Origin: an uncultured Flavobacteriaceae bacterium
GTDB taxonomy: Bacteria > Bacteroidota > Bacteroidia > Flavobacteriales > Flavobacteriaceae
Reading direction: 5' to 3'
NCBI GenBank assembly: GCA_937936275.1
Contig: CALHCJ010000014.1
Location: forward strand, 1 to 62,295
Length of the DNA stretch: 62,295 nucleotides
In this document: positions 60,311 to 62,295 of the stretch, piece by piece
Numbering within the stretch: the stretch's first letter is position 1
Layout: each line of letters opens with the position of its first letter
Notes under the pieces: generated by a model
What the model was told of the DNA's origin: nothing
The model's database searches: none
What the model saw: only the letters and a program-made list of their open reading frames with translations
Position numbers and translations under genes: made by a program

Positions 60311-61933
60311 ATGACCATACCACTACGTTACCTCTTCGTCCTTTTTCTATCCATTAATTTTGTCTCATCGCAAGAGAGCTCTATAGCAGAAGGAGATCGC
60401 TCTGCAGATGCGCAGGCAGCGTCCTATTTAGAAGCATTACAAAAGCATTATGGCAACGGTGATTACCAACTGCATAAAGACTATAGTGATTCGTTGCTAC
60501 AAATAGCGAAAAAATATAACCTTACAAAGATGCATGTTCTTGCACTTGTTAATCAGGCGGTATTTCATAACAATCGAAATGAACGTCTAAAAGCGATCGA
60601 ATTATATCATTCAGCATTAAAGCAATGTAAGTTGATTCCAGAAGATTATAGAGCGAAGACTGTTGTACTTGTAAATATGGGTAATACATACAACAACATC
60701 GGTTCTTATGACAAAGCGATAGCAACCATGAATGAGGTGCTAGTAGTGGCTGATAGTACTGAAAATTCTGACCATATTAAAGCCGCAGCACTTATTGGGC
60801 TTGCCAATAACTTCGCCGAGATCTCAAACTATAAAGAAACCTTGGCTTATGCTAAGCAAGCAAATGCGTTGGGTCAGCTTATGCAGAACGAAGTGGCTAT
60901 CGCAGCTTCTTTCAATAATATGATTGATGCGTATGTAAATTTAAAAGAATATGACAAAGCTCTTGAAATCGGAGAAAAAGCATTAAAATTTTCTTCTCCA
61001 AAAAGACCTACAAAAAATAGGGGCTCCTTGCTACTCAATCTCGGTATTGCAAACTACCATATAAAAGATTTTGATATAGCTTTAAAGTATCTCAAAGAAG
61101 CTATAGTTTTAGCACAGGAAAAAGAACTTTTTGAAATTGAAATGTATTGTCAAGAGTATCTTGCAAAACTATATGAGGAGAAAAATGATTACAAAGCTTC
61201 TTATGCTGCGCAAAAAGAATATTCACTTCTAAGAGATAAATTTTTAAAAGATAAACAAGACGCCTCGACCGCTGATTTAAAAAAAGATATTACCACCAAA
61301 AATGAAGCTATAGTTGAAAACAAAGAAGCACTTTTGGCTGTATCGAGCAAAGGAAAAGTAATGATTATATGGGGTACAGCTCTGGTCGCTCTTCTTACCA
61401 TATTACTATTTATTTATATCCGACGAAAAAAGAACATAGAGTTAGCACAAGCAAAGCTTCAGTCTCAATATCTAAATCTAAAACGAGAAATATCCAAAGA
61501 AGAAAATGATTCTTTAAAAGAGCCGTCCGAAATTATTGGTTCACCCAAAGAAACCGATTTAAAACCTTATAAAAATTCTTCTTTAACACCAGAAAAAAGA
61601 GAGGCCTTCAAAAAGAAGATACTCGCTTACATAAACGAAGAAAAACCTTTTCTAAACCCAGATTTAAGTCAGTCTGATTTCGCAGCGAGCATAGGTATTA
61701 GCAGCCATCATTTCTCTGAAGTTTTGCATTACGGGTTCGAACAGAATTTTTATAACCTTATAAATTCTTATCGTGTTCTTGAAGCGCAAAAATTAATGAA
61801 GGATAAGAAGTACGCAACAGCAAAGATAATAGCCATTGCCTTCGATTCAGGCTTTAAAAGTAAAACCTCATTTAACCGAGTTTTCAAAAAGTATTCAGGG
61901 CAAACTCCCTCCGAGTACAGAGCGAGTATTTAG
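60311..61933 (+). CDS. Membrane-anchored TPR sensor with C-terminal AraC HTH
   Basis: Signal peptide, TPR repeats, one TM, IAFDSGFKSKTSFNRVFKK..G.TPSEY. Confidence 0.9.
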   Translation: MTIPLRYLFVLFLSINFVSSQESSIAEGDRSADAQAASYLEALQKHYGNGDYQLHKDYSDSLLQIAKKYNLTKMHVLALVNQAVFHNNRNERLKAIELYHSALKQCKLIPEDYRAKTVVLVNMGNTYNNIGSYDKAIATMNEVLVVADSTENSDHIKAAALIGLANNFAEISNYKETLAYAKQANALGQLMQNEVAIAASFNNMIDAYVNLKEYDKALEIGEKALKFSSPKRPTKNRGSLLLNLGIANYHIKDFDIALKYLKEAIVLAQEKELFEIEMYCQEYLAKLYEEKNDYKASYAAQKEYSLLRDKFLKDKQDASTADLKKDITTKNEAIVENKEALLAVSSKGKVMIIWGTALVALLTILLFIYIRRKKNIELAQAKLQSQYLNLKREISKEENDSLKEPSEIIGSPKETDLKPYKNSSLTPEKREAFKKKILAYINEEKPFLNPDLSQSDFAASIGISSHHFSEVLHYGFEQNFYNLINSYRVLEAQKLMKDKKYATAKIIAIAFDSGFKSKTSFNRVFKKYSGQTPSEYRASI

Positions 61934-62056
61934 TTCGAAACGTCGTTAAAGTCCAACAAAAGAGGGTTCACTCGTTAGAATGGTACCTTTTTAAGGCAAT
62001 CTGTGCAGTTCATCGACGTTATCATATCTCATGTTTTATTAACCTACGTCCCAACC

Positions 62057-62295
62057 ATGACTAAAAAGCTATACCTTCTTATTGCACTATTTGTTAGTGT
62101 GAGCACTTTTTCACAATCATTTACCTCGATTTGGAATACTAACAATACTAGCACACAGTCTCCTGCTAACAATGAGGTTACAATTCCTACAAATTCTGCA
62201 TATACCAATTATAATTATACAGTGGATTGGGGTGATACCAATACAGACACTAATGTCACGGGAGACATTACACACATATATGCATCTCCAGGCAC
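62057..62295 (+). CDS. Secreted surface protein N-terminus (PKD-like; typical of BspA/DUF285 proteins), truncated by window edge
   Basis: MTKKLYLLIALFVSVSTFSQSFTSIW..YNYTVDWGD..ITHTYASPG; frame open to the end of the window. Confidence 0.7.
   Translation, partial: MTKKLYLLIALFVSVSTFSQSFTSIWNTNNTSTQSPANNEVTIPTNSAYTNYNYTVDWGDTNTDTNVTGDITHIYASPG

Noticed and set aside
862-61401. Many 60-127-aa ORFs nested in or antisense to long genes
   Set aside because: Shadow frames of well-supported CDSs with no family signatures
1-62295. CRISPR array, prophage, IS transposase or defence system
   Set aside because: No spaced direct repeats, and no integrase, transposase or phage genes recognised

Overview
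AT-rich bacterial chromosome segment, very likely from a marine Flavobacteriaceae (Bacteroidota), judged from gene content and TAnnTTTG-type promoters. Bases 1-25.3 kb are core genes (mrdA end, rodA, msrB/msrA, S41 protease, surE, lpxB, ComEC, POT transporter with DPP-IV, mevalonate genes, PpiD-like, lptC, coaX, tRNA-Phe). After the tRNA come a small accessory block (DinB, MtnK-like kinase, ADP-ribosylhydrolase lipoprotein, GH32) and a 17-kb poorly characterised glyco/redox cluster (TIGR04282/04283-like transferases, PNP, two DUF547, GH113-like, Omp85-like, FAD and 4Fe-4S proteins, three glycosyltransferases). A combined arginine/proline biosynthesis operon with no argR follows. The best find is an unannotated 27-aa leader ORF ending RRRRP directly upstream of that operon, a candidate Arg(/Pro)-sensing attenuator. 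A palindromic repeat is also inserted in frame in argD. All family calls come from motif recognition; no searches were run.
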